This document shows positions 10,499 through 21,313 of a stretch of DNA of 64,000 nt, piece by piece. A program made the position numbers and the translations under genes. The notes under the pieces are model-generated. The model searched no databases, had not been told where the DNA came from, and saw nothing but the letters and a program-made list of their open reading frames with translations. How positions within the stretch are numbered: position 1 is the stretch's first letter; each line of letters starts with the position of its first letter. The DNA is from Pseudomonadota bacterium (GTDB lineage Bacteria > Pseudomonadota > Gammaproteobacteria > Burkholderiales > Gallionellaceae). Location: positions 64,287-128,286 of the forward strand of contig JAJXVB010000008.1 in NCBI GenBank assembly GCA_021782365.1, written 5' to 3'.

Positions 10499-13260
10499 CC
10501 GCTGTTGCGCAGGCCCGTCGCGATGCCGTTGATGGTCAGGTGGATTGCGCGCTTCACAAGCTCATCGTTGTTGCCTGCGCGGTGGTGCTCGAGCAGCGTC
10601 ACCTGCAGATGATTCAGTGGGTCAATGTAGGGCGTTCTGGTCTGCAGGCTGCGCGAGAAGGTCGGGTTGTCCTGCAAAAGCGTGGTGTGGCCCGTTATCT
10701 TGAAAAGCATCTCTATGGTGTCTTCCCACTCGCGCTCGATCGCGCCGAAGACGCGTCCGCGCAGATCTGCGTCCTGCACGAGTCCTGCATAGCGGGAGGC
10801 GATGCCCATGTCGGTCTTTGAGAGCACCATGTCCATGTTCGACATCAGTCCGCGGAAGAATGCCCAGTTCTTGTACATGGATTGCAACTGCAAGAGACCT
10901 GCCTGACCTTCCCTTTCGACGAACCGTTTGACCGCGCTGCCGAATCCGAACCAGCCTGGAAGCAGCGTGCGGTTGAGCCCCCAGCTGAACACCCAGGGGA
11001 TCGCGCGCAGATCTTCTATGCGGTTCGAGGCTTTGCGCGCGGAGGGGCGGCTGCCGATGTTGAGTTCGGCAATCTCGCGTATCGGCGTCGAGGTGAAAAA
11101 GTATTCCGTGAATCCCGGAGTCTCATAGACCAGCTTGCGATAGGCTGCATAGGCGTCAAGGCTCAGTGATTCCATGATGCGATGAAATTCAGGCATCGTG
11201 CTGTCGTCGCCGTGGTGGTGCAGCAGCGTGGCTTCCATCGTCGCGGCGATCAGCGTCTCGAGGTTGCGCTGGCCGATCTCGGGGTTCGAATATTTGCTGG
11301 AGATCACTTCTCCCTGCTCGGTGATGCGTATCTGCCCGTTCACGCTTCCGGGGGGTTGGGCGAGGATGGCCTCGTAGCTCGGGCCGCCGCCTCTGCCCAC
11401 CGTTCCGCCGCGCCCGTGGAAGAGCCTGAGCTCTATGCCGTACTTCGCGAAAACCTCGACGAGTTCGAGTTCCGCCTTGTAAAGCTCCCAGTTGGCCGTG
11501 ACGTATCCGCCATCCTTGTTGCTGTCCGAATAACCCAGCATGACTTCCTGGGTGTTGTTCCTGAAGGAAAGCAGCTTCCGGTAATAAGGGATAGAGAAGA
11601 GTTCGCTCATGATCGCGCCGCAGCCGCGCAGGTCGTCTATGGTCTCGAAAAGCGGGATAATGTTAACGTGCAGCCTGTCATTTTCGAGCAGACCCGTTTG
11701 CTGCAGCATCAGCGCCAGTTCGAGCATGTCGCTCACCGCATCGGTCTTGGAGATGATGTGGTTGGGGAGCGCATCGCGCCCGAAGCGGCCGTGTATGTCG
11801 GCGGCCGACTGCATGATGAGCAGTTCGCTTTGAGCGACTTCCGAATACTTTTCGAGCTCGACCATGAGGGGTTTCCCTGCCCCGAGCGTTGAAAGCAGAA
11901 CCTTGCGCTTTTCAGCCTCAGGAAGGTTCGCGTAACCTTTGGTAATGCCCGCATGAGAGAGGAGTTCGCTCACCGTCTGCTCGTGTATTGCGCTGTGCTG
12001 GCGCATGTCGAGAGGGGCGAGATGGAAGCCGAACACTTCTGCCGCGCGGCGCAGGTTCGCAAGCCGCCCTCGCGCAAGATAAACCGCGCCGTGCTTGAAG
12101 AGAGAATCGATCAGCACGTCCAGGTCATGGATGAACTCTCCGGGGTTCGCATAGGGCTCGGCATGCTTGTCGACGGGGGGTCTGTGCGTGATCTCGTGTC
12201 CCAGATGTTTTGCGGTTGCAGAAAGGCGGGAATACATGAGTATCAGCGCGCGACGATAGGGCTCGTCCACCCGGCTGACCGCAGTGTCCGGGGAGGCATC
12301 CGACAAGGCGCGCAGCGCTTCGCTTACATCGGCCAGCCTGTCTGTCAGCGAAAGCCGGGTGCCCAGTATGTGCGCCTCGTTCAGGTAATGCTGGAAGGCG
12401 AGTTCCGAGTGCTGCTGCACCGCATAGCGCATCATCTCGTGCGTCACAAAAGGGTTGCCGTCGCGGTCTCCTCCTATCCAGCTGCCGACGCGCAAAAGCG
12501 GCGGAACTTTCATTCCATTGCCGAGCCGCTTTTCGAGCTGGCTTTCCAGGTTCGCATAGATCTTGGGGACTTCGCTAAGGAAGGTGTAGCGGTAGAATTC
12601 CAGACCGTTCTTGATCTCGTCGCGCACCGTGAGCTTGGCGGTGCGCAGCATGCGCGTCTGCCAGAGGATCAGCACGAAGCGGCGCAGCGCATTCTCGTTC
12701 TCGGCGAACTCGTCCGGCGTCATATCCATGCGGTCGCGGTTGGACAAAAGACTGGAGATGATGAGATGGCAATCCAGCGTGCTCTTGCGCTGCACCTCTG
12801 TCGGATGCGCAGTCAAGACGGGGGAGATCAGGGCGCTGTCCAGGAAGGACTGCAGCGATTCGCGGCTGATGTTTTTTTCTTCTATGCGGTCCAGTGCGCG
12901 CAACAGGCTGCCGTCCTTGGGCGGGCTGCCGGCTTTCAGATGGGCGCGGTGGCGGCGATTGTGGTGCAGGTCTTCCGCGATGTTCGAAAGTTGCGAGAAA
13001 TAGCTGAAGGCGCGCACCACGGAGAGCGTCTCGGCCGGGCTCAGCGCGTCCAGCATCTGCTCCAGCTTTTCGCCGTCACGCTCGTCCTGGGTCTTGCGAA
13101 AGAGCACCGCGGAGCGGCGCACGTTCTCGACCAGCTGGAATGTTTCTTCGCCTTCCTGTTCGCGCAGGGTGTCGCCGAGTATCCTGCCAAGCAGGCGCAC
13201 GTCCTCGCGAAATGGCAAGTCTTTGCTGGAAATGTCAGAAGGAGCAGAAAATAGGTTCAT
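10495..13260 (-). CDS. ppc: phosphoenolpyruvate carboxylase
   Basis: 921 aa with the motifs VLTAHPTEVQRKS and MLGYSDSNKDGGY and a C-terminal ...TGLRNSG. Confidence 0.97.
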   Translation of the reverse strand: MNLFSAPSDISSKDLPFREDVRLLGRILGDTLREQEGEETFQLVENVRRSAVLFRKTQDERDGEKLEQMLDALSPAETLSVVRAFSYFSQLSNIAEDLHHNRRHRAHLKAGSPPKDGSLLRALDRIEEKNISRESLQSFLDSALISPVLTAHPTEVQRKSTLDCHLIISSLLSNRDRMDMTPDEFAENENALRRFVLILWQTRMLRTAKLTVRDEIKNGLEFYRYTFLSEVPKIYANLESQLEKRLGNGMKVPPLLRVGSWIGGDRDGNPFVTHEMMRYAVQQHSELAFQHYLNEAHILGTRLSLTDRLADVSEALRALSDASPDTAVSRVDEPYRRALILMYSRLSATAKHLGHEITHRPPVDKHAEPYANPGEFIHDLDVLIDSLFKHGAVYLARGRLANLRRAAEVFGFHLAPLDMRQHSAIHEQTVSELLSHAGITKGYANLPEAEKRKVLLSTLGAGKPLMVELEKYSEVAQSELLIMQSAADIHGRFGRDALPNHIISKTDAVSDMLELALMLQQTGLLENDRLHVNIIPLFETIDDLRGCGAIMSELFSIPYYRKLLSFRNNTQEVMLGYSDSNKDGGYVTANWELYKAELELVEVFAKYGIELRLFHGRGGTVGRGGGPSYEAILAQPPGSVNGQIRITEQGEVISSKYSNPEIGQRNLETLIAATMEATLLHHHGDDSTMPEFHRIMESLSLDAYAAYRKLVYETPGFTEYFFTSTPIREIAELNIGSRPSARKASNRIEDLRAIPWVFSWGLNRTLLPGWFGFGSAVKRFVEREGQAGLLQLQSMYKNWAFFRGLMSNMDMVLSKTDMGIASRYAGLVQDADLRGRVFGAIEREWEDTIEMLFKITGHTTLLQDNPTFSRSLQTRTPYIDPLNHLQVTLLEHHRAGNNDELVKRAIHLTINGIATGLRNSG

Positions 13261-13296
13261 TGCAGTCTAGTACGCAAATAAGCGCGGCAGCCTCCG

Positions 13297-13305
13297 TGAT
13301 AGAAT
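13297..13305 (+). promoter_or_regulatory. candidate extended -10 element (TGaTAGAAT) for hemC
   Basis: TG at 13297-13298 and TAGAAT at 13300-13305, about 32 nt upstream of the hemC ATG. I saw no good -35 element. Confidence 0.35.
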
Positions 13306-13336
13306 GCGCCGCGTAATTAATCACAAGGAAATTCCG

Positions 13337-14284
13337 ATGAGTTCCCCAGCCTCACCCAACCCGTTGCAACGTCTGGTCATCGCCTCCCGTGAAAGCGCAC
13401 TTGCCATGTGGCAAGCCGAGCATATCAGGGACAGGTTGAGCGCATTATATCCGCAAACTGAGGTCAGCATCCTCGGAATGACCACCCAGGGCGATCAGAT
13501 ACTCAATGTCAGCCTGTCGAAGATAGGGGGGAAGGGGCTGTTCGTCAAAGAACTGGAGACGGCGCTTGAAGACGGAAGGGCGGATCTCGCCGTGCATTCC
13601 CTGAAGGATGTGCCGATGGTGCTGCCAGATGGCTTTGCGCTTGCGGCCATAGGGGAACGCGAGGATCCGCACGACGCCTTTGTCTCCAATCTTCACGAAA
13701 GCCTGGACTCATTGCCCGCGGGCAGCGTGGTCGGGACCTCGAGCCTGCGCCGCGAAAGCCAGCTGCGTGCGCGCTATCCTCATCTCGTGATCGAACCTCT
13801 GCGCGGCAATGTGCAAACGCGCTTGCGCAAGCTGGACGAAGGGCAGTATGCGGCGATCATACTGGCTGCCGCTGGCCTGAAGCGGTTGGGGCTGGAATCG
13901 CGCATACGCAGAACCATTTCGAGCGAGGACAGCCTGCCTGCGGTGGGCCAGGGTGCGCTGGGTATCGAATGCAGGGCGGACCGGCTGGACGTGATCGAGA
14001 TGCTGAAGCCGCTGCACCACGCGGATACGGCGGCCTGTGTGCTGGCCGAGCGCGCGATGAGCCGTACGCTCAATGGAAGCTGCCAGGTCCCATTGGGTGG
14101 ATTTGCAGAAGTCAGGGAAGGCAGGCTCTTCATGCGCGGCTTCGTCGCAAGCACGGACGGCATGACCATGATGCGCGCAGAAGCGGACGGCAGCATAGAG
14201 GAGCCCGAGGCTTTGGGAAGGCGCATCGCAGAAGAGCTGCTCGCAAAAGGAGCGGGCAAGATACTCGCTTCTCTGAATGGCTGA
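13337..14284 (+). CDS. hemC: hydroxymethylbilane synthase (porphobilinogen deaminase)
   Basis: Starts at the internal ATG 13337 after an AAGGAA RBS. Motifs seen: [22 protein letters not shown] and the cofactor-cysteine region GSCQVPLG. Confidence 0.95.
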   Translation: MSSPASPNPLQRLVIASRESALAMWQAEHIRDRLSALYPQTEVSILGMTTQGDQILNVSLSKIGGKGLFVKELETALEDGRADLAVHSLKDVPMVLPDGFALAAIGEREDPHDAFVSNLHESLDSLPAGSVVGTSSLRRESQLRARYPHLVIEPLRGNVQTRLRKLDEGQYAAIILAAAGLKRLGLESRIRRTISSEDSLPAVGQGALGIECRADRLDVIEMLKPLHHADTAACVLAERAMSRTLNGSCQVPLGGFAEVREGRLFMRGFVASTDGMTMMRAEADGSIEEPEALGRRIAEELLAKGAGKILASLNG

Positions 14285-15038
14285 ACTGCGTTTTTCCGGA
14301 CAGAAGATACTGGTCACAAGGCCGATTGACCAGGCGGCGCATCTTGCAAAGGCCATAAAGGAGGCGGGAGGCGTGCCGCTGCTGTTTCCCCTCCTGCAGA
14401 TCGAGCCTGTAGAAAATCAGAAGAAGCTTCAGGATCAGATTTCCCGCCTTGTCGATTTCGATCTCGTCGTCTTCATCAGTCCCAACGCGGTGCAATACGG
14501 GATGGATGCGATACGAAGCAGATTGGGCAGCATGCCGCAAGGCATCAGGGTTGCGACGGTAGGCATGGGAAGCGCGAAGGCGCTTCATGACCAGGGCATA
14601 AAGGATGTGCTTGTGCCGCAGGAAAGACATGACAGCGAAGGGCTGCTCGAGGAGTTGCATCGGGTCGAGGGCTTGCGCGTGTTGATACTGCGCGGCGATG
14701 GCGGACGGGAGCTTTTGGGCGATGAACTAAAGGAGCGCGGAGCAGAGGTCGAATATGTTGCCTGCTACAGGCGAAGCAAGGCGCCGCTTGCCGGACTCGA
14801 AGGACTTCATCCCGATGCGCTCACCGTGACCAGCAGCGAAGCGCTCCTTCATCTGTGGCAGAATGCGCCTGTGCGATTTCACGATATCCCACTTTTCGTG
14901 CAGCATCCACGCATAGCGGCGCTGGCCAGGAGTCAGGGCTGGGCCAGGGTCTATCTTGCGGATGCGGGGGATCAGGGATTGCTGCTTGGCCTTTTTGAAT
15001 GGGCAGGCGGGAAAGCCACCCAGCGGAGAGATTTATGA
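14277..15038 (+). CDS. hemD: uroporphyrinogen-III synthase
   Basis: 253 aa, HEM4-like. It overlaps the hemC 3' end by 8 nt, and its position in hemCDXY supports the call. Confidence 0.85.
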   Translation: MAELRFSGQKILVTRPIDQAAHLAKAIKEAGGVPLLFPLLQIEPVENQKKLQDQISRLVDFDLVVFISPNAVQYGMDAIRSRLGSMPQGIRVATVGMGSAKALHDQGIKDVLVPQERHDSEGLLEELHRVEGLRVLILRGDGGRELLGDELKERGAEVEYVACYRRSKAPLAGLEGLHPDALTVTSSEALLHLWQNAPVRFHDIPLFVQHPRIAALARSQGWARVYLADAGDQGLLLGLFEWAGGKATQRRDL

Positions 15039-16092
15039 GCGACAAGCCTGACGCGCAGCAGAAAGAGAGCAGGGCAGCCGATCTTTTTGCGCGCTTGAAT
15101 CTTACCCAGATGACGCTGATCGTTCTGGTGGTCATATTCCTTTGGCAGTGGTTCGATGCGCACAGGACGATCGCCGAGATGAGAGGCGAGCTCGCAAAGA
15201 AGATCGCCGAGATGGACGGCATAGCTCATGCCAATGCGCTGCTGATTTCGCAAAACCAGGACACGGTGCGTTCCATTTCGGTCAGGTTGTCCACGCTGGA
15301 AGCCTATTACGACCAGGCGCAGAGTCAGCGCGCCGCGCTCGAGACGCTATACAACAATCTTTCCGTCACGCGCGACGAGACGGCGCTGGCGGATGTCGAG
15401 CAGCTGCTTCTGATTGCGGGCCAGCAGCTCCAGCTCTCCGGCAACGTGAAGGCGGCGCTGATCGCGATGGAAGGCGCGGACGCGAGGCTGCAGCGGATGA
15501 ACAGGCCCGCGTTCAACATTCTCAGCAAGGCCATAGAGCTCGACATGGAAAGGCTGAAAGCCTTGCCTGTCGTGGATGTGTCAGGCATCAATCAGAAGAT
15601 CAATGAGATGCTGGAAAGCGTCGATGACCTGCCTCTGGTCGACAGGAGCAGGCCTTCCGAGAATGCCGCAGAGCTATCCAGTGCGCCTGTTGCAAACAAG
15701 ACTGCCTGGCGTAAATGGACAGATGCGATCTGGCTCGAAATCAGGCAGCTTGTGCGCATCGAGAACACCGGTTTGAAGCAGATCGCGCTATTGCCTCCCA
15801 ATCAGGAATTTTTCCTGCGCGAGAACCTCAAGATGCGCCTGGTTTCGGCGCGCCTGGCGCTGCTCTCAAGGGACGAGGAAAGCTTCAGGCAGGAGCTGAA
15901 GACGGCGCAGTCCTGGCTTGTCCGCTATTTCGACGTGAAGTCGAAGGAGGGTGCACGCATGCTCTCGGAACTCAAGAAGCTTTCGACCGCCAGCATCAAT
16001 ATCGACATGCCGGATATCAGCGGCAGCCTTCGGGCTGTGCGCAGCTATCGGTTGAGCCACGATCAGACTGGCCCTCGAAAGAAGGCGCTTCA

Positions 16093-16096
<4 letters not shown>
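15035..16096 (+). CDS. hemX: HemX-like membrane protein (uroporphyrinogen-III C-methyltransferase-like)
   Basis: Starts at ATG 15035, an ATGA overlap with the hemD stop. It has an N-terminal TM segment (LTQMTLIVLVVIFLWQWF) followed by a long coiled coil, and lies between hemD and hemY. Confidence 0.8.
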
Positions 16097-18328
<2,232 letters not shown>

Positions 18329-18363
18329 TTATACGGATATCAATCAGATCGAGAGCAAACAAT

Positions 18364-19023
18364 ATGAATCAGGATGATTTGAAAAGGGCCGTTGCGGCAG
18401 CAGCAATCGAATATGTGCCGGCGGATTGCATCGTCGGCGTCGGGACGGGTTCCACCGCCAATTTCTTTATCGATGAGCTTGCGAAGATCAAGCACAAGAT
18501 ACGCGGCGCCGTGGCAAGTTCGGAGGCTTCAGCCAAGCGTCTGAAGGGCCATGGCATAGAGGTGATGTCGCTGAACGATGCGGGCGATTTGCCCGTTTAT
18601 GTGGACGGAGCTGACGAGATCACGCGCCACATGCACATGGTCAAAGGCGGCGGCGGCGCACTGACGCGCGAGAAGATCGTCGCCGCTGCAAGTAAAAAAT
18701 TTATCTGTGTCTGCGACGAGAGCAAGCTGGTGGATGTGCTGGGCAACTTCCCGCTGCCGATCGAGGTGATTCCGATGGCGCGCAGCTCCGTTGCAAGGCA
18801 GCTTGTGGCGCTTGGCGGCCAGCCAGCCTTGCGCGAAGGCTTTACCACGGACAACGGCAACCTGATCCTGGATGTGCGCGGCTTGAAGATCATGAATCCG
18901 GTCGAGCTCGAATCGACCCTGGACCACATCGCGGGTGTGGTGACCAACGGGCTTTTTGCGAGACGCCCTGCGGACGTGCTGCTGCTCGGGACGGCTTCCG
19001 GCGTGAAGACGATGACGGCCTGA
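18364..19023 (+). CDS. rpiA: ribose-5-phosphate isomerase A
   Basis: Starts at ATG 18364. Motifs seen: [13 protein letters not shown] and [11 protein letters not shown]. Confidence 0.95.
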   Translation: MNQDDLKRAVAAAAIEYVPADCIVGVGTGSTANFFIDELAKIKHKIRGAVASSEASAKRLKGHGIEVMSLNDAGDLPVYVDGADEITRHMHMVKGGGGALTREKIVAAASKKFICVCDESKLVDVLGNFPLPIEVIPMARSSVARQLVALGGQPALREGFTTDNGNLILDVRGLKIMNPVELESTLDHIAGVVTNGLFARRPADVLLLGTASGVKTMTA

Positions 19024-19052
19024 TTGTCATATTTCTTTCATGATCGTATAAT
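19024..19052 (+). promoter_or_regulatory. near-consensus sigma70 promoter for phoU-ppx, whose -35 region doubles as a Pho-box-like tandem heptad
   Basis: TTGTCA (19024-19029), a 17-nt spacer, then TATAAT (19047-19052). In addition, TTGTCAT-ATTT-CTTTCAT (19024-19041) resembles the Pho box CTGTCATA(A/T)A(T/A)CTGTCA(C/T). Confidence 0.6.
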
Positions 19053-19087
19053 AGTATATACGGTTTGTTGTGAGACAGGAGGGCGCC

Positions 19088-19795
19088 ATGATCAGCAGTG
19101 AACACACTTCCAAGCAGTTCGATGTCGAACTCGAGGCGATACGCGCCTATGTGCTGCAGATGGGCGGCCTGGTTGAAAGCCAGATACGCAGCGCTATCCA
19201 TTCCATGGTGGAAGGCGACACCGCCTTGATGAATCGAGTGATCGACGACGATCACCGGGTCAACGCGATGGAAGTCAAGATAGACGAAGAGTGCAGTCAG
19301 GTGATCGCGCGACGCCAGCCGACCGCGAGCGATCTCAGGCTGCTGATGATGGTCGTGAAGACCATCACCGATCTCGAGCGCATAGGCGACGAGGCGGAAA
19401 AAATTGCGCGCATGGCGAAGATGCTGTCCGAGAAGCACGGCCTGGCCATTCCCCGTTACCACGAGGTCATGCATGCGTCCGAGATTGCGATCGACATGTT
19501 GAGGAAATCGCTGGATGCATTCGCAAGGCTGGATGTGGCGATGGCCGCCGAAGTGGTGCGCCAGGACGATCAGGTGGACATCGAGTTCCGGTCGATCTTG
19601 CGCTATCTCATCACCTTCATGATGGAAGACCCGAGGACGATCACGACTTCACTGGAAATACTCTTCGTTGCAAAGGCGATAGAGCGCATAGGCGACCATG
19701 CGAAGAACATCGCCGAATACGTGATCTACATGGTCAAGGGACGCGATGTTCGCCATGTCTCTCTGGACGAGATAGAGCGGGAAATCCGCGAATAA
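19088..19795 (+). CDS. phoU: phosphate signalling complex protein PhoU
   Basis: Starts at ATG 19088 after an AGGAGG RBS. It has two PhoU repeats with ERIGDEAEKIA and ERIGDHAKNIAEY. Confidence 0.93.
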   Translation: MISSEHTSKQFDVELEAIRAYVLQMGGLVESQIRSAIHSMVEGDTALMNRVIDDDHRVNAMEVKIDEECSQVIARRQPTASDLRLLMMVVKTITDLERIGDEAEKIARMAKMLSEKHGLAIPRYHEVMHASEIAIDMLRKSLDAFARLDVAMAAEVVRQDDQVDIEFRSILRYLITFMMEDPRTITTSLEILFVAKAIERIGDHAKNIAEYVIYMVKGRDVRHVSLDEIEREIRE

Positions 19796-21270
19796 TGGAG
19801 CAACAGCCCTTTCTTGCCGCAGTCGATCTGGGATCAAACAGTTTCAGGCTGCAGGTGGCAAAGGTGGAAGGCGAGCAGCTTTACATGCTCGACGGGCTGC
19901 GCGAGCCGGTCCGCCTGGCGGCAGGCCTCACCCCTGAAAATCATCTGGATGAGTCTTCGCAAAAACGCGCCTTGGCCGCACTCTCACGCTTTGCAGAGCG
20001 CTTGAGAGGCATGCCTCCTGAAGCCGTGCGCGCCGTCGGCACCAACTCATTGAGAGTCGCGAAGAATTCCGCGAGCTTCATCGCGGAGGCGGAAAGGGTG
20101 TTGGGTTTTCCGATCGAAGTCATCGCGGGCAGGGAAGAGGCGCGCCTGATTTATCTCGGAGTCGCCCACGGGATGCCCAAATCGGAAGAACAGGTTCTGG
20201 TGGTGGACATAGGTGGCGGTTCGACCGAGTTCATCATCGGACGGGGATACGCGCCCATCAGGCTCGAGAGCCTTTACATGGGTTGTGTGAGTTTCAGCGA
20301 ACGTTTCTTTCCTGATGGCAGAATCACGAAACAGGGCATGGCAAGTGCCGAACTTGCCGCTCGCAGCGAATTGCAAGGCATCATCGCCGACTACAAAGGG
20401 CAATGGCGGAGGGCGATAGGTTCTTCGGGGACGGCCAAGGTGATCAGCGATATCCTTGAGCTCAACGGCTACAGCGAAAACGGCATCACCCGCGAGGGGC
20501 TTGAAATGCTGCGCGCGCATCTGGTCAAGGCGGGGGATGTGCAGAAGCTGTCTTTCCTTGGCCTGAAAGCCGATCGGCTGCCGACACTGGCTGGCGGCTT
20601 TGCGATCATGTATGCGGCCTTCGAGGAATTGGAGATCAGGCAGATGCAGACGGTCTCGACCGCGCTGCGCGAAGGCGTGCTTTACGACCTCTGGGGGCGC
20701 TTTCACAACAACGACATGCGCGATGTGACGGTGCAGAATTTCATGCGCCGTTATCACGTCGATGTGAAACAGGCGGCGAGAATCGAGCATCTCTCGCATG
20801 TTCTGGCAACCCAGTTTTCCGGCTCTGGCAATCACGAGGCCGCGCTGCAGACGCTGGGGTGGGCGGCAAAACTGCACGGCATCGGCATCAGGGTGGCGCA
20901 CAGCGGCTATCACAAACACACCGCCTACATTCTTGCGAATGCGGACATGCCGGGATTTTCGAAGAAGGAGCAGGCCAGGCTCAGCCTGCTTGCGCTTGCG
21001 CACCGCGGCAATCTGAAGAAGCTTCAGGGGCTGTTCCTGAACAGCGAAGATTGTCTTCTGGCGATGAGCCTGCGTCTTGCCGTCCTTTTCTACAGGAATC
21101 GCAGCGATGTCGTCTTGCCCGAGATGACGGCGAGCTTCACGGGGACGAAGTATTATCTTGCAATCGAATCGGACTGGCTAAGCCAGAATCCGCTCACGGA
21201 AACGGCCTTGCAGGAAGAAGTGAAACAATGGAAAGTGCTGGGAGTAACGATACAGATAATCAGAAAATAG
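19795..21270 (+). CDS. ppx: exopolyphosphatase (Ppx/GppA family)
   Basis: Starts at ATG 19795, a TAATG overlap with the phoU stop. Motifs seen: AAVDLGSNSFRL and DIGGGSTE, plus a C-terminal HD-like region. The upstream part of track ORF 19291-21270 overlaps phoU in another frame. Confidence 0.92.
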   Translation: MEQQPFLAAVDLGSNSFRLQVAKVEGEQLYMLDGLREPVRLAAGLTPENHLDESSQKRALAALSRFAERLRGMPPEAVRAVGTNSLRVAKNSASFIAEAERVLGFPIEVIAGREEARLIYLGVAHGMPKSEEQVLVVDIGGGSTEFIIGRGYAPIRLESLYMGCVSFSERFFPDGRITKQGMASAELAARSELQGIIADYKGQWRRAIGSSGTAKVISDILELNGYSENGITREGLEMLRAHLVKAGDVQKLSFLGLKADRLPTLAGGFAIMYAAFEELEIRQMQTVSTALREGVLYDLWGRFHNNDMRDVTVQNFMRRYHVDVKQAARIEHLSHVLATQFSGSGNHEAALQTLGWAAKLHGIGIRVAHSGYHKHTAYILANADMPGFSKKEQARLSLLALAHRGNLKKLQGLFLNSEDCLLAMSLRLAVLFYRNRSDVVLPEMTASFTGTKYYLAIESDWLSQNPLTETALQEEVKQWKVLGVTIQIIRK

Positions 21271-21313
21271 CTGCATTGGAGCGACGCTAAGTCGCAGACG
21301 GGTTCATGGTGAA

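Noticed and set aside
19291-19794. Long N-terminal extension of ppx (track ORF 19291-21270, 659 aa).
   Set aside because: The extension overlaps almost all of phoU in a different frame and translates to Arg/His/Gly-rich sequence. The Ppx N-terminal motif (AAVDLGSNSFRL) begins immediately after ATG 19795.
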